A stretch of 63,144 nucleotides of DNA, the filler included, from Actinomycetota bacterium (GTDB taxonomy: Bacteria > Actinomycetota > Actinomycetes > JAKEEW01): assembly GCA_046725875.1 (NCBI GenBank). It is 5 parts of 5 records of this genome, joined end to end, with 100 filler letters (N's around TTAATTAATTAA, not from the genome) between each part and the next. Parts side by side here need not be neighbours in the genome. Positions count along the whole stretch, not along the records: positions 50,131 to 63,144 come from JBKOZJ010000028.1; 4 more parts are not named here. One strand, given 5' to 3'. The translations under genes and the position numbers were made by a program. The notes under the pieces were generated by a model. It worked only from the letters and a program-made list of their open reading frames with translations, had not been told where the DNA came from and did no database searches. Of this stretch, positions 60,876 through 63,144 are shown in pieces (position 1 is the first letter of the stretch; each line of letters begins with the position of its first letter).

Positions 60876-62069
60876 TCAGGGCTTGCGGTATTCCTCAAGC
60901 AGGCGACGCCCGATGATCAACTTTTGAATGTCGGCGGTTCCTTCGCCGATGAGCAGCATCGGCGCCTCTCGATAGAGCCGCTCGATCTCGTACTCCTTGG
61001 AGAAGCCGTAACCGCCGTGGATGCGGAACGCGTCCTCGACGACTTCCTTGCAGTACTCGGACGCGAGGTATTTCGCCATGCCGGCTTCGAGGTCGTTGCG
61101 GGCACCACTGTCTTTGGTGCAGGCTGCCATCACCATCATCTGGTGGGCCGCCTCGACCTTGGTCGCCATTTCCGCCAGCCGGAACATGACTGCCTGGTGT
61201 TCCGCAATGGGTTTGCCGAATGCCCGTCGATGCTGGGCGTACTCGATGGCCAGCTCGAATGCGCGCATCGCGACGCCACAGCCACGTGCCGCGACGTTCA
61301 CCCGACCGACCTCGACGCCGTCCATCATCTGGTAGAAGCCACGACCCGGCTCGCCGCCGAGCACGGCGCTCGACGGTAGCCGGTACCCGTCGAGGACGAG
61401 CTCGGTCGTGTCGACGCCCTTGTAGCCCATCTTGTCGATCTTGCCGGGCACTGTGAGGCCGGGCGCTACTTCGCCGAAGCCCGGCTCCTTCTCGACCAGG
61501 AAGGTGGTCATCCCGCGGTGCGGCGGCGCCGCCGCCGGGTCGGTCTTGACCAGCAACGCGACAAGGTTGGCGGTTCCGCCGTTGGTCAGCCACATCTTCT
61601 GCCCGGTGACGACATAGTCGTCACCCTCACGGACTGCGCGGGTCGTGATGCCGGACACGTCCGACCCGACGCCCGGCTCGGACATCGAGAAGGCACCGCG
61701 CACCTCGCCGGTTGCCATCCGCGGGAGCAGGGCGGCCCGCTGCTCGTCCGTCCCGTGCTGCTGGATCATGTAGGCCACGATGAAGTGCGTGTTCACGATC
61801 CCGGACACGCTCATCCAGCCGCGAGACAGTTCCTCGACCACGAGCGCGTAGGTCAGCAGCGACTCGCCGAGGCCGCCGTACTCCTCCGGGATCATGAGGC
61901 CGAACAGGCCCATCTGAGTCATGCCCTCGACGATGTCGGTGGGGTACTCATCGGCGTGCTCGAGCTTGGTGGCGACGGGCAGGATCTCTTTGTCCACAAA
62001 GTCCCGGACGGTGGCGAGGATGTCCTGCTGAACGTCCGTAAGCCCTTCTGTTCGCGCCAACCTGCCCAT
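60876..62069 (-). CDS. Acyl-CoA dehydrogenase
   Basis: FSMSEP..GSD, GQKMWLTNG, IHGGYGFSKEY.IERLYR, GEGT. Confidence 0.95.
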   Translation of the reverse strand: MGRLARTEGLTDVQQDILATVRDFVDKEILPVATKLEHADEYPTDIVEGMTQMGLFGLMIPEEYGGLGESLLTYALVVEELSRGWMSVSGIVNTHFIVAYMIQQHGTDEQRAALLPRMATGEVRGAFSMSEPGVGSDVSGITTRAVREGDDYVVTGQKMWLTNGGTANLVALLVKTDPAAAPPHRGMTTFLVEKEPGFGEVAPGLTVPGKIDKMGYKGVDTTELVLDGYRLPSSAVLGGEPGRGFYQMMDGVEVGRVNVAARGCGVAMRAFELAIEYAQHRRAFGKPIAEHQAVMFRLAEMATKVEAAHQMMVMAACTKDSGARNDLEAGMAKYLASEYCKEVVEDAFRIHGGYGFSKEYEIERLYREAPMLLIGEGTADIQKLIIGRRLLEEYRKP

Positions 62070-62295
62070 CGCCGCCCGTCCCTTCGTCAGGACAATGATG
62101 TACGTCGAGCGAGCCCGCGTGCAGTCCGCTGGAAGACATGGTTACCGGCGAGTATGCCCGTGCCCGGGCTGCGGCGACCATGAAGGCGCTCACACTCTGC
62201 CGTGAGCGATCTCCTTTGCGGTAGGCGTCAGCCTCCTCGATGATCGGTCTTATGGGCGGCATGACCGCCGAGGACCGAGCGGAGGGACCCCACGC

Positions 62296-63144
62296 ATGCC
62301 AACGACGACGGCACCGGACGGCCGGACGATCGCCTACGAGGTGTGGGGAAAGCCGGATGGCGTTCCCGTTCTCGGTATCCACGGGACCCCCGGATCGAGG
62401 CTCGGGCGGTTTCCTATCGGTGATCCGTACAGCGAGTTGGGCGTGTGCTTCGTGACGCTCGATCGGCCCGGATACGGGTTGTCCACTCGACTGCCGGGAC
62501 GCTCGGTCATCGACTTCGTTGGCGACGCCGCGGCGGTCGGGGACGCAATGGGCTGGGACGGGTTCGCGGCAACGGGCGGTTCCGGCGGTGGGCCGCACGT
62601 ACTCGCCTGTGCAGCCCGTCTCCGCGACCGGCTGACCAGGATCATCTGCGATGTGGGAATCGCTCCGTGGGGAGCCGAGGGACTCGACTACTTCGACGGC
62701 ATGGTCGAGGGCAACGTGGCCGAGTTCACCACCGCCATGAAGGGGGAGGCGGAGCTGCGCAGTCTGCTCGAGCCTGAAGCGGCCGCCGCGGTTCATCGGA
62801 TGCAGGGCGACATGCGTGACGTCTTCGGCCCGGACTACCCGCTTTCGGACGAGGACCGTGAGGTGCTGGCGAAACCGGAGTTCGCCGAACGGCTGCGCGA
62901 GGACTTCACCGAGGCGCTACGGCAAGGCGTCGACGGCTGGGTCGACGACGACATTGCCTTCACCCAGCCGTGGGGGTTTGACCTGTCGGAGATCGAGATC
63001 CCAGTGAAGGTTCGTTATGGGCCGACAGACACGCTCGTTCCCGCCGGGCATGGCCGCTGGCTCACGGCGCACGTGTCGGGAGCCGTCGAGGACCTGAAGT
63101 ACGGCGGCCACCTCAGCGCCTCCCCCGAGGACTACCGGGCCCAG
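62296..63144 (+). CDS. Alpha/beta hydrolase (runs off window end)
   Basis: MPTTTAPDGRTIAYE, HGTPGSR, DRPGYG.S, GGSGGGPH, GGH; GGAGG RBS; absent from the ORF track because it has no stop. Confidence 0.9.
   Translation, partial: MPTTTAPDGRTIAYEVWGKPDGVPVLGIHGTPGSRLGRFPIGDPYSELGVCFVTLDRPGYGLSTRLPGRSVIDFVGDAAAVGDAMGWDGFAATGGSGGGPHVLACAARLRDRLTRIICDVGIAPWGAEGLDYFDGMVEGNVAEFTTAMKGEAELRSLLEPEAAAAVHRMQGDMRDVFGPDYPLSDEDREVLAKPEFAERLREDFTEALRQGVDGWVDDDIAFTQPWGFDLSEIEIPVKVRYGPTDTLVPAGHGRWLTAHVSGAVEDLKYGGHLSASPEDYRAQ

Overview
High-GC actinobacterial DNA made of five contigs joined by four artificial 100-nt linkers (44 N + TTAATTAATTAA + 44 N at 14870, 30503, 40560 and 50031), so neighbourhoods across linkers are not biological. 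Contig 1: conserved core block (DUF5719, zinicin, DUF3499, phosphomannomutase, Trm112, SIS isomerase, CDF, ahcY, RDD, SpoIIM) with inserted epoxide hydrolase, DUF222-HNH and LysE genes. Contig 2 is accessory-rich: FG-GAP repeat protein, decayed SRAP and GNAT genes, a lipoprotein plus class F sortase module, vWA protein, STAS-HATPase, MarR/YceI, Fpg/Nei, AAA ATPase and a TPP riboswitch-controlled NCS1 transporter. Contig 3: DUF58-MoxR-DUF4350-DUF4129 and mtrAB-lpqB, probably continuing contig 1. Contig 4: LLM oxidoreductase, an alpha/alpha-toroid-MarC fusion, HtrA, pntAa-Ab-B, a REP-like cluster and upp. Contig 5: ku/ligD-Pol, TetR-DUF3107-ferritin-like-DEAD helicase, RecB-like nuclease, hydrolases, MaoC and acyl-CoA dehydrogenase. 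Best leads: a class F sortase coupled to a lipoprotein whose sorting-like motif has no membrane anchor; the toroid-MarC fusion; a stacked PafBC+LexA promoter on the HNH gene; a probable CTG start for the DEAD helicase; a dispersed IS-end/MITE-like hairpin; and a six-copy palindromic repeat cluster. All family calls are from motif recognition by eye, not database searches.
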